Shown in pieces: positions 1 to 8,584 of a DNA stretch of 64,000 bases; the stretch's first letter is position 1; each line of letters starts with the position of its first letter. Below the pieces are notes generated by a model, which was not told where the DNA came from, ran no database searches, and was given only the letters and a program-made list of their open reading frames with translations. Position numbers and translations under genes: made by a program. Source of the stretch: Patescibacteria group bacterium (GTDB lineage: Bacteria; Patescibacteriota; Patescibacteriia; Patescibacteriales; WJLG01); contig JAQTUZ010000006.1 in assembly GCA_028707065.1 (NCBI GenBank), positions 7,367 through 71,366 on the forward strand, read 5' to 3'.

Positions 1-664
1 CCATCGATTTCTTGGTCGGTACTTGGGGCTGCCATTCCGTAAAATTGATATTGCCGACCTTGGCTCCCGAATTAACCTCGGCTTTAGCTTTTCCCGAATA
101 ATTGATGTTACCCGCCACATCCGCGCCTGAACCGAAAGTAAGCGAACCGCTTTTAACATCCAAACTACCGTCGATCTTGCCGTTAATGATAACATTGCCT
201 CCGGCGATTTTCACATTTCCCTTGACCGGCGCGTCAATCGTGATGCTGCCGCCCGCGATCAACAGATCTCCGTCCACGCTGGATTTGCCCGTCAGATTGA
301 TGTTGCCGCCGGCGATAGCCAAATCGCCCTTGACCGGACCGGTGATAAAAATGTTTCCGCCCGCGATTTTCGCGTTGTCGCCAATCGTGCCGCTTAAATT
401 CAGCGTGCCGCCGGCTAAGAGCAGATCTTTTTCCACGTCGCCTGAGACGGTTACAAAACCTCCGGCCGCGGTAAGATCACCGGTCGTAATGCCGTTAACG
501 GTAACATTGCCGCCAACCGCGTAGAGATTCTTGTGGGTTTCTGCCGCGCCAACCAAGACGTTGCCATCTTTGCCCGTGGCGGTGGCAAAATCAGCCGCCA
601 TTGCCGAACCTGCTATGCCGAAAAGCAAAACTCCCAGAACCAACCCTTGAATAATTTTTCGCAT
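1..664 (-). CDS. Secreted beta-helix repeat protein (bactofilin-like / polymer-forming repeat type), C-terminus cut by window edge
   Basis: Absent from the ORF track because there is no stop in the window. ATG at 664. Translation starts MRKIIQGLVLGVLLFGIAGSAMA (signal peptide), then repeated units such as GGNVTVNG, GGFVTVSGDV, GGTLNLSG, GGNIFITGPVKGDL, GGNINLTG, GGSITIDAPVKGNV. The + ORF 102..524 is its antisense shadow. Confidence 0.6.
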   Translation of the reverse strand, partial: MRKIIQGLVLGVLLFGIAGSAMAADFATATGKDGNVLVGAAETHKNLYAVGGNVTVNGITTGDLTAAGGFVTVSGDVEKDLLLAGGTLNLSGTIGDNAKIAGGNIFITGPVKGDLAIAGGNINLTGKSSVDGDLLIAGGSITIDAPVKGNVKIAGGNVIINGKIDGSLDVKSGSLTFGSGADVAGNINYSGKAKAEVNSGAKVGNINFTEWQPQVPTKKSM

Positions 665-718
665 ATTTTTTATAATTATCGCTTGCGCGTTTACGCAAGA
701 TGAGAAATTTTTCGACAA

Positions 719-772
719 AACACACCCCGTCCGCCTTTTGGGCGTCCACCCCTCTAAAATAGAGGGGGCTTT
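719..772. repeat. GC-rich palindromic dispersed element (acacaccccg...ccacccctc-loop-gagggg), intergenic copy
   Basis: aacacaccccgtccgccttttgggcgtccacccctctaaaatagaggggg; same two-module layout as 12 other copies in the window. Confidence 0.8.
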
Positions 773-778
773 TTTATT

Positions 779-919
779 TTTTGTCATCCTGAGCGCCGCG
801 CGAAGGATCTATTTTGCAGGAACTCCGAACTTCTTCGACAAAAATTTTTAAAATTATTATACGAACTTCTAGCACAATAGATCCTTCACTCCGCTACGCT
901 CCGTTCAGGATGACAAAAG
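779..919. repeat. Inverted-repeat (MITE-like) element with gtcatcctga-cg...gaaggatctatt arms
   Basis: Left arm 781-813 (ttgtcatcctgagcgccgcgcgaaggatctatt) is the imperfect reverse complement of right arm 877-917 (aatagatccttcactccgctacgctccgttcaggatgacaa). About 60 bp of AT-rich spacer lies between them. Confidence 0.65.
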
Positions 920-963
920 AAAAAACGTTGCGCAACAATTTAGCAATTTAACAATATAACAAT

Positions 964-3900
964 TTATTCCTCTCTCTTCTCTACTCTCTCCGTATCTGTC
1001 TCCTTCCCCCATCCCGGCTTGTCGCTCGCTTCGATTCTCCGGTCTTGATTGGAACGGCGGACATCGTCGCGGTCGCGCGGGCCTTCCTCGCCTTCGGAGC
1101 GCTTTTCGCCCAAAAGCTGGACGTCGAGGCAAAGGCCTTTTAATTCACGGACCAAAACATTAAATGATTCCGGCACATTAACTTTATTTATTTTTTCGCC
1201 TTTGATGATCGATTCATAAGCGGCAGAACGGCCGGGCACATCATCGGATTTGATCGTCAAAATTTCCTGCAAAGTATGCGCCGCGCCATAGCCTTCCAAG
1301 GCCCAGACTTCCATTTCTCCGAAACGCTGGCCGCCGAATTGCGCCTTGCCGCCGAGCGGCTGCTGGGTGATCAACGAGTACGGACCGATCGAGCGCTGGT
1401 GCATCTTGTCTTCCACCATATGGTTAAGCTTCAAGAGATATTTCATGCCGACGACAACTTTATTTTCATAGGCTTGTCCGGTTTTTCCGTCCAGAAGAGT
1501 GATCTTGCCGTCGATCGGCAAACCCGCCTTAGCCAATTCTTCGCGGATCTTTTCTTCGCCGATTCCGTTCAAGGCCGGAGTCGCAACTTTATAGCCAAGT
1601 TTTTTGCAGGCAAAACCCAGATGAACTTCCAAAGTCTGGCCCAAGTTCATTCTCGAAATAATGCCCAAAGGCGACAAAATAACGTCGATCGGCGTGCCGT
1701 CTTCCATATATGGCATATCTTCGGTGGCAACGACGCGGGAAATAACGCCTTTGTTTCCATAGCGGCCGGCCATCTTGTCGCCGACTTGGATCTTTCTTAA
1801 ATTGGCGACCGAAACTTGGATCGATTGAATCACGCCCGCGGCTAATTTATCGCCGGCTTCGCGGGAAAAATATTTGATATCGACGACCTTGCCGTGTTCG
1901 CCATGTTCCAAATACAAAGAAGAGTCGCGCACGTCTTTGGCCTTTTCGCCAAAAATGACACGGAGCAGCTTTTCTTCCGCCGACAATTCGGTTTCGCCTT
2001 TCGGAGTGATCTTGCCGACCAAAATATCGCCGGAAGAAACTTCGGCGCCAATGCGGATCACGCCGCTCTCATCCAAATTTTTCAATTTCTCTTCCGAGAT
2101 ATTAGGAATGTCGTTAGTGATCAATTCCGGACCAAGCTTGGTGTCGCGCACGTCAACCGTATAGTTCTCTATATAGATAGAGGTGAAGATATCATCGCGG
2201 ACCATTCGCTCGGATACGATCACCGCGTCTTCATAATTGAATCCTTCCCAAACCATGAAAGCGATCAAAACGTTCTTGCCCAAAGCCAATTCGCCCTTAT
2301 CAATGACCGGGCCGTCGCTCAATACCTGATGTTTATGGACATGGTCGCCCAAATCGACGATCGGTCGCTGATTGATGCAAGTCGAGGCGTTGGAGCGCAA
2401 AAATTTGGTCAATTCATAAACTTTATCTTCGCCTTTTTTATTGCGCACGATTATTTTGGCGGCATCGACAAAAGTGACTTCGCCGTCTTCCAGAGCGATG
2501 ATCACGTGGCCGGAATCGCGGGCGGCTCTTTCTTCCGCGCCGGTGCCGACGATCGGCGATTCGGCCGTCATCAGCGGTACGGCCTGGCGCTGCATGTTCG
2601 TGCCCATCAGGGCGCGCTGGCCGTCGTTATGTTCCATGAACGGGATCAAGGAAGTGGCGATGGAAATGATCTGGTTGGCGGCAACGCCGAAGAGATCGAC
2701 GTTTTTTACTTCATCGGTGGTCGGATTGCCGTATTTTCTCACTTCGCAAGTGGCCACCAGAAAATGGCCGTTCTCATCGATCGGCGTGGTCGCGGCGGTG
2801 GAAATGAATTTTTCTTCTTCAAAAGCGTCCAGATAAACGATCTCATCAGTCACGACCGGCACCACCGGGATTAAAACCTTAGCGTTGACTTTATCTTTGA
2901 TATGCTTAGCCGCTTCATGAGTGATCTTTTCGCCGGCCTTGATGATTACCTTGCCTTTTTTATTAGCCGGCACTTCAGACATCAAAATATGTTTTTTGCC
3001 GAGCGGCAATTCCGCGTCTTTTATTTCATAAACGTCTTCGCGGGTGATCTTGCCCGGAAGTTCTTTATTATTAATTTCCAAATCATGCCAGACCTGGCGA
3101 TACGGCGCTTCCAAAAAACCGTAAGAATTCAAACGGGCGAAACTGGCCAAGTGGCCGACCAAACCGATATTCGGGCCTTCGGGAGTGGCAATCGGACAAA
3201 TGCGGCCATAGTGAGTGGTGTGCACGTCGCGCACGTCAAATCCGGCGCGCTCGCGGGTCAAACCGCCCGGACCCATCGCCGACAATCTTCTTTTATGTTC
3301 AAGCTCGGCCAGCGGATTGGTCTGGTCCATAAATTGGGACAATTGCGAAGACATGAAGAATTCCTTGACAACCGAAATAACCGGACGAGCATTGATCAGC
3401 TTGTTCGGGGTTAAAGTATGGATATCAGCGGTGGACATCCGGTCTTTGACGATGCGCTCCATTCTGGCCAGACCGACGCGGAAACGATTCTGGATCAATT
3501 CGCCGATCGCTCTGACGCGGCGATTGGACAAGTGATCAATATCGTCTTCCGGTTCCTGAGTAATATTCAAACGGATGACTTCGCGGACGATGTTCACCAG
3601 ATCTTCCTTGCGCAAGACGCGGGTTTCCTTATTGACCGGCAAACCTTCGCCGAAACGGCGGTTCAATTTATAGCGGCCGACGCGGCCAAAATCGTAGCGG
3701 TCAAAACGGAAGAACATCGAATAGATCAAAGACTTGGCGTTTTCCGGATTGGCCAGGTCGCCGGGACGGATCTTTTTGTAAACTTCTTCCAAACCTTCTT
3801 CTTCGTTATGCGCCGCATCTTTGGCGATCGTCGCTTCGATAAAAGTCTGCTCCTCCTCGCCGCGGCGGACAATATCGATATCCTTGAACAAATTTATCAG

Positions 3901-4527
3901 CGATTCATCAGTCGCGTAGCCAAAAGCCCTCAATAAAGAAGTGAAAGCGACTTTTCTTTTGCGGTCGATGCGCACCCAGATGACTTTATTAACGTCAGTT
4001 TCGATTTCCAGCCAGGCGCCGCGATTCGGGATGATCTTCGCGCCATAATATTTCTTGCCCTTGATGAATTCCGCGGAAAAAATAACGCCGGCGGAACGGA
4101 TCAATTGCGAAACCACGACTCTTTCAATGCCATTGACGATGAACGTGCCGTTCTGGGTCATTAACGGAAAATCGCCCAAGAAAACTTCCTGCGCCGTGGT
4201 TTCCTTGGTGCGCTTGTTGACCAGGCGGGTTTTCACCCGCAACGGCGCTTCGTAAGTGATATTCTTGGCGCGCGATTGCTTTTCGTCGAATTTCGGCTCG
4301 TCCAGATAATATTCTTCGAAATAAAGTTCCAAGTCGCGGCCGATGAAATCAGTGATCGGCGAAATCTCATCGAACAGTTCGGCCAAACCTTCTTTGGCGA
4401 ACCATTTATAAGAATCCAGCTGCATCTCGATCAGATTCGGCATTTCCAGCACGCCCTTGCCGTGAGTGAAGAGGCGGCGGCCGGTACCGGTGACGATAAA
4501 TTCCTTAGGAACATTTTTGGTAGACAT
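964..4527 (-). CDS. rpoB: DNA-directed RNA polymerase subunit beta
   Basis: 1187-aa ORF with hallmark beta-subunit segments (NMQRQAVPL, GGQRFGEMEVWALEGYGAAHTLQE, GRYGNKGVISR). ATG at 4527. Ends in a charged tail of about 50 aa (GEKRSEGEEGPRDRDD...VEKREE). Confidence 0.98.
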   Translation of the reverse strand: MSTKNVPKEFIVTGTGRRLFTHGKGVLEMPNLIEMQLDSYKWFAKEGLAELFDEISPITDFIGRDLELYFEEYYLDEPKFDEKQSRAKNITYEAPLRVKTRLVNKRTKETTAQEVFLGDFPLMTQNGTFIVNGIERVVVSQLIRSAGVIFSAEFIKGKKYYGAKIIPNRGAWLEIETDVNKVIWVRIDRKRKVAFTSLLRAFGYATDESLINLFKDIDIVRRGEEEQTFIEATIAKDAAHNEEEGLEEVYKKIRPGDLANPENAKSLIYSMFFRFDRYDFGRVGRYKLNRRFGEGLPVNKETRVLRKEDLVNIVREVIRLNITQEPEDDIDHLSNRRVRAIGELIQNRFRVGLARMERIVKDRMSTADIHTLTPNKLINARPVISVVKEFFMSSQLSQFMDQTNPLAELEHKRRLSAMGPGGLTRERAGFDVRDVHTTHYGRICPIATPEGPNIGLVGHLASFARLNSYGFLEAPYRQVWHDLEINNKELPGKITREDVYEIKDAELPLGKKHILMSEVPANKKGKVIIKAGEKITHEAAKHIKDKVNAKVLIPVVPVVTDEIVYLDAFEEEKFISTAATTPIDENGHFLVATCEVRKYGNPTTDEVKNVDLFGVAANQIISIATSLIPFMEHNDGQRALMGTNMQRQAVPLMTAESPIVGTGAEERAARDSGHVIIALEDGEVTFVDAAKIIVRNKKGEDKVYELTKFLRSNASTCINQRPIVDLGDHVHKHQVLSDGPVIDKGELALGKNVLIAFMVWEGFNYEDAVIVSERMVRDDIFTSIYIENYTVDVRDTKLGPELITNDIPNISEEKLKNLDESGVIRIGAEVSSGDILVGKITPKGETELSAEEKLLRVIFGEKAKDVRDSSLYLEHGEHGKVVDIKYFSREAGDKLAAGVIQSIQVSVANLRKIQVGDKMAGRYGNKGVISRVVATEDMPYMEDGTPIDVILSPLGIISRMNLGQTLEVHLGFACKKLGYKVATPALNGIGEEKIREELAKAGLPIDGKITLLDGKTGQAYENKVVVGMKYLLKLNHMVEDKMHQRSIGPYSLITQQPLGGKAQFGGQRFGEMEVWALEGYGAAHTLQEILTIKSDDVPGRSAAYESIIKGEKINKVNVPESFNVLVRELKGLCLDVQLLGEKRSEGEEGPRDRDDVRRSNQDRRIEASDKPGWGKETDTERVEKREE

Positions 4528-5028
4528 AAATATAATTAATAATTTTTATAATAATTATTTTTAAATTTTTTGATAAATGTCTATTTTTTGAGCACGAGTG
4601 AAGACCGGGAAAAAAATATTCAAAAATATTTTTACCGCTAAACGACAAAAAAACCTCAAAGCCCGCTCTGGTAGGTTTGAGTTTTTATAAACTGTTAAAT
4701 TAAATTGGTTAAATAGATCACCTTCGAAGACGTTCCAGCGTCGGGAAAAACGCCAGAAGTGCTTTTAAAGTGAATAAAAATGAGCCCCTGGCTCAAAAGA
4801 AGAATCTGAACTTATGTGCCTTATGTTAGCAAGTAACTATTACCCTGTCAAGCGTTTTCCAATGGCTAATTAGCGATATCTGTCAAATTTATCTAACTTT
4901 AGAATAAAAATAGGTTTTTTTGATTGACAAAATGGAAAATTATTATCACTTGACAACAGGTTATGCACAGATTAGTTGATTAGTTAATCAGGTACTTAGT
5001 TGAAAAGTAGATGGGTTCGAAAAATTTT

Positions 5029-5185
5029 GTCCCCTCCTCGCCTGTCCCGCAAAGCGATAGCGTGCGGGAGGAGGGGTGGCCGCGCCGCGCGGACGGGGTG
5101 TGTTAAAAGTCCCCTCCTCGGGAGGGGTGGCAGTCCGCCGCCTTGTCCGCCTCGGGCGGAGGACTGACGGGGTGGGTCTATTCCC
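5029..5185. repeat. Two tandem GC-rich palindromic elements (reverse orientation)
   Basis: 5029-5104 is cccctcc...ggaggggtggccgcgccgcgcggacggggtgtgtt, with a nested hairpin cccgca..tgcggg. 5109-5185 is cccctcctcgggaggggtgg...gacggggtgggtctattcc. ORFs 4996..5190(-) and 5143..5337(+) are built from these repeats. Confidence 0.8.
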
Positions 5186-5235
5186 GACAATATTATAAAA
5201 ATTTATTTATTCCACTTTTTTTTAAAAAAAAATAC

Positions 5236-6228
5236 TTACCAACTAACTCCTTGACGACTATTAATGTTCGCACAATTTGCCCAATAACAATTATTTTTGT
5301 CACAATAATCACCGGAACGTTCATTCTTTTCATTTGAAGCTAATTTTCTGAACGTCTTCACGTCAGCGCCCTTTAACACAGAGGCGCCGCAATATACGTT
5401 ATTTTTATCTATGGAAATATAATCATCAAAAATTTTAAAACTTTTAACATCAACACCTTGAATTTTAGAAATCTGAACGGGCTTATCTGGCGAAGTGACG
5501 ACGTAATAAACGTTATTTTTATCCTTAGAATATATAAAATCTATAATTTTAAACGAAGCAGGATCTGCCCCTAAAATTATAAGTCCCATATAGTAAGCAT
5601 TGTTTTTGTCCTTTGCGTAATGAAAATCTTCAGCAGCTTGACCATATTCCGTGTGTTTATACTTAATTGTTTCAAAAGTTTCAGAATCAGCTCCGGACAC
5701 ATTAACAAGAACGCCTGCAATTCGGAGCGGCAAAACCGGGGGAAGAGATAAAATTTTATCACCATCCTTAAAATACGTACAATTATAATTTTTAAAGGTT
5801 TCTGGATTAACATGCTCCCATTCAACATTCGGGTAAGTTGTACTAGCCAAATAAACACCATTCTTATCTTTAACAACACCGCTCCAAAAAGCAGTGTCGC
5901 GACCACATATCAATTCAAATGTCTCCACATCAAACTTGCCGAAATTGAAGCTAATGGTTTCACTGCCCGGACAAATATTTTTCCATAAAGCCCGGCAATT
6001 CTCTGTATCATAACAAAATCTTTCGTTCCAAGCATTTAGATTTGTATTGCAAGTACTAGTTTCTAAGTCTCTATAAAAATCATGGCCAGTCTCTACGGTT
6101 TTATTTGCAGTATCTTTCTTGTCGACACTTTGTTTAGCACTCGGCAATTTGACTGAACAAGCAGACAAAACGGTTATGCCGACTAACAGCAAAACAAAAC
6201 TGATAACAAGTAATACTATTTTTTTCAT
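5236..6228 (-). CDS. DKNYY-repeat lipoprotein
   Basis: Lipoprotein signal MKKIVLLVISFVLLLVGITVLSAC. Repeated DKN(N/G)(A/V)Y(Y/L/C)-type motifs (DKNGVYL, DKNNAYY, DKNNVYY, DKNNVYC) spaced about 30-60 aa apart, as in the DKNYY family. Confidence 0.75.
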   Translation of the reverse strand: MKKIVLLVISFVLLLVGITVLSACSVKLPSAKQSVDKKDTANKTVETGHDFYRDLETSTCNTNLNAWNERFCYDTENCRALWKNICPGSETISFNFGKFDVETFELICGRDTAFWSGVVKDKNGVYLASTTYPNVEWEHVNPETFKNYNCTYFKDGDKILSLPPVLPLRIAGVLVNVSGADSETFETIKYKHTEYGQAAEDFHYAKDKNNAYYMGLIILGADPASFKIIDFIYSKDKNNVYYVVTSPDKPVQISKIQGVDVKSFKIFDDYISIDKNNVYCGASVLKGADVKTFRKLASNEKNERSGDYCDKNNCYWANCANINSRQGVSW

Positions 6229-6232
6229 AATT

Positions 6233-7681
6233 TTATTTATTACCTCTAACCATATTTATCTCTTCTCTCGCCACCGTCCGGTCGTCCCACGGGATTTTTT
6301 CGCCGTTGGCCATCATCATTAATTGCTCGCTCCCCTTACCCGAAATCAAAATCAAATCACCTTCTTCGGCAATTTCGATTGCCTTGCGGATCGCGGCGCG
6401 GCGATCAGGGATTTTAAATAAATCGAAATTTAATTTTTTTCCTTCCTTCTCCGCTCCGATCGCAATCTGCTCGATAATCAATAACGGATCATCGTCATAA
6501 GGATCTTCGTTGGTGATAATTACGTAGTCAGCGCGCTTGCCAACTAACAATCCCAATTTTGGCCGACGCGCCACATCGCGTCCCCCGCCGGCCGAACCCA
6601 AAACATTAATAATCCGATTGTGCGGAAATTTTTCAATCGTATCGTAAAGCTTGGCTAAAGAATTCGGTTCGAAGGCATAGTCAACAATAACAGTAAAGGA
6701 CTGGCCCTCATCGATCTTTTCCATCCGGCCGGCCACGCCTTTGACGCTTTTTAATCCCTCTTTTATCTCATTGATATCTTTTACTGCCAGCCGCGCCACG
6801 CAAGCGGCGGCCATCGCATTGGCGGCATTAAATTCACCCAATAATGACAGCTGAATTTTTTCGCCAAAGGCCTGGAAGGAAACGCCTTCCGTTTCGGTTT
6901 TTATTTCGCTGTAATATTCAATCTGTAAATTTTCAGGCAAGTCTAATTCCCCTCTCGAGAGGGGTGCCGAGCCCGGCGAGGCGGGGTGTGTTAAAGAATC
7001 GACCATCTTAAATCCGATTTTTTCTTCCGCCCAGAAGGAAAGAAAATACGGCGCGTTCTCATCATCAAGATTAGCGACCACGGTTTTTTTGATCCGTTTC
7101 AAATCGGTTTTTTGCAGACAGCTGGCCTGGTTGCAGATTTTAAAAATATCATCAACATATTTTATCTTGCAGTCTTTCAAATGCTCGAATAATTTTCCCT
7201 TGGCTTTCTTGTAATTCTCAAAACCGCCGTGCGATTCGATGTGCTCGGGATATAAACCGGTAAAGATCAACCAGTCATAATTAATAAATTTGTGGCGGTA
7301 TTGGCGGATGCCTTCGGAAGTCGTTTCCACAATCGCGAACTGGCAGCCGTTCTTGACCATCTTCGCCAGCAAACCTTGCAGAAAAAATCGGCCGACCATG
7401 GTCATTCGCTTGTCATTCAACCATTCTTTTTTACCGTCATCAAAAACTGCCGTGGAAGATAAGCCAACTTTAAATCCGCACTCTTTCAAAGTTCTTAACA
7501 ATAAATAAGCTGTGGTGGTTTTGCCGATCGTCCCGGTAATACCGATCACCACCATTTTTTCCGACGGAAAACCGGCAAACAAAGCCGAACTCCAGCTTAA
7601 TAAATAATGATACGGCGACTGAAGCGCCTTGAAAATCTTTTTCGGGATCAATTTCTTGATGAATGAGAATATTTTATCCAT
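6233..7681 (-). CDS. Mur ligase family protein (MurE-like UDP-MurNAc-peptide ligase, short N-terminal domain)
   Basis: P-loop VVIGITGTIGKTTT, ETTSEG...RH segment, C-terminal NVLGSAGGGRD...ITNEDP typical of Mur ligases. Carries an in-frame GC-rich repeat insertion (THPASPGSAPLSRGELD). Confidence 0.8.
   Translation of the reverse strand: MDKIFSFIKKLIPKKIFKALQSPYHYLLSWSSALFAGFPSEKMVVIGITGTIGKTTTAYLLLRTLKECGFKVGLSSTAVFDDGKKEWLNDKRMTMVGRFFLQGLLAKMVKNGCQFAIVETTSEGIRQYRHKFINYDWLIFTGLYPEHIESHGGFENYKKAKGKLFEHLKDCKIKYVDDIFKICNQASCLQKTDLKRIKKTVVANLDDENAPYFLSFWAEEKIGFKMVDSLTHPASPGSAPLSRGELDLPENLQIEYYSEIKTETEGVSFQAFGEKIQLSLLGEFNAANAMAAACVARLAVKDINEIKEGLKSVKGVAGRMEKIDEGQSFTVIVDYAFEPNSLAKLYDTIEKFPHNRIINVLGSAGGGRDVARRPKLGLLVGKRADYVIITNEDPYDDDPLLIIEQIAIGAEKEGKKLNFDLFKIPDRRAAIRKAIEIAEEGDLILISGKGSEQLMMMANGEKIPWDDRTVAREEINMVRGNK
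6948..6992. repeat. GC-rich palindromic element inserted in frame in the Mur ligase CDS
   Basis: cccctctcgagaggggtgccgagcccggcgaggcggggtgtgtt; translated on the minus strand as THPASPGSAPLSRGE. Confidence 0.8.
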
Positions 7682-7778
7682 TTAATTCAATGTTTATGTT
7701 AATAATTTTATTCTATCATAGAAAAAAAATTTTCGCATCAACGCTAAATTAATTAATAAAACCGGCCTTCCGCTACTA

Positions 7779-7807
7779 TTGACATATTGACTTATTTATG
7801 CTATTAT
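7779..7807 (+). promoter_or_regulatory. Sigma70-type promoter for the 7908 gene
   Basis: TTGACA (7779-7784), 17-nt spacer ending in TGc, TATTAT (7802-7807); about 100 nt upstream of the ATG. Confidence 0.55.
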
Positions 7808-7907
7808 TAATGAACTGCTCATTAAAACAATATAAATTTACATTCGCATAAAAACGTTGTTTTTTCAATCACAAATACACACTTCACCTCATTGAAAGGC
7901 GGCCGTT

Positions 7908-8504
7908 ATGTCCAAGCGAATAGTAATTGTTGCGCGTCATGGAGAAAAGGGAACCGGAGACAAAAAGGATTCGCTAACAGCGAAGGGCGCAATGCAGATT
8001 TATGGCCTGGCAGAGCTTCTGGAAAGACGTTACGGTCGCATAGGAAAAATCGCATACAGCGGCGCGAACAGAACCAGACAGTGCTCGGCTATCGCGGCAA
8101 TAGCGATGGGATTCTGGAACCCAACCATTTCCCTCAATCCCCTCTTTCATTTCGAAGTTCCTTTTGAGACCGTTTTCAAAAGCCAAATGGATCCGTATCT
8201 GGCTGAATGTGAAGCGATCAAGACTGCCGGCGGGACAATGAAGGAAGCGCTGGAAATCAGCGAATACACGCGTGTTGCAAGGAAACAAATCGCCCAAGCG
8301 ATCATTGAATACGCGGCAAGCGCAGATCCGGCCATCGACCCAGTTATTCTGGCCTTCAGCCACGGCTCTTATGCAGAGTTCGCAATCCCTGAGCATCAAC
8401 TCAGCGACTTTCCCTCTCTGATGCAGATGGGATCAGCAATCGCATATGAGGTAGAGAACGGCATTATCACTAACGCCACCTTCATCATCCCCGCCGTCGC
8501 CTAA
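7908..8504 (+). CDS. Histidine phosphatase superfamily protein (PGM-like branch)
   Basis: N-terminal IVIVARHGEKG (RHG catalytic motif) and C-terminal LAFSHGS (second catalytic His). Confidence 0.75.
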   Translation: MSKRIVIVARHGEKGTGDKKDSLTAKGAMQIYGLAELLERRYGRIGKIAYSGANRTRQCSAIAAIAMGFWNPTISLNPLFHFEVPFETVFKSQMDPYLAECEAIKTAGGTMKEALEISEYTRVARKQIAQAIIEYAASADPAIDPVILAFSHGSYAEFAIPEHQLSDFPSLMQMGSAIAYEVENGIITNATFIIPAVA

Positions 8505-8528
8505 CACGACGCACAAGCAAACACACCA

Positions 8529-8564
8529 GAGCCCGACTTCTTAGGAAGCCGGGCTCATTTTTTT
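8529..8564 (+). terminator. Rho-independent terminator between convergent genes
   Basis: gagcccgacttc-ttag-gaagccgggctc stem (one mismatch) followed by attttttt. Confidence 0.7.
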
Positions 8565-8584
8565 ATAAAACCTTTTTTTACAAT

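Noticed and set aside
102-524. + strand ORF (140 aa, MMLPATSAPEPKV...)
   Set aside because: Low-complexity P/S/L-rich translation. It is the antisense shadow of the minus-strand signal-peptide and beta-helix repeat protein that runs 664 to 1.
905-1132. Minus-strand ORF overlapping the rpoB 3' end and the downstream repeat region
   Set aside because: It is an alternative frame of the rpoB tail with an arginine/proline-rich translation, and it runs into the MITE-like repeat.
1276-4539. Many + strand ORFs (1276..1800, 1894..2874, 2902..3414, 3418..3936, 4276..4539 and others)
   Set aside because: All are antisense to rpoB, which is unambiguous. Their translations are arginine/phenylalanine-rich and typical of antisense frames.
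4600-4800. Possible small RNA or terminators in the long rpoB upstream region (hairpins at about 4654-4690 and 4781-4795)
   Set aside because: The stems are only 6 bp and have no clear associated gene. I could not recognise any known RNA family (tRNA, SRP, RNase P, tmRNA, 6S) by eye.
4996-5337. ORFs 4996..5190(-) and 5143..5337(+)
   Set aside because: Composed almost entirely of the GC-rich palindromic elements and an AT-rich spacer. The G/R/P-rich peptides have no gene context.
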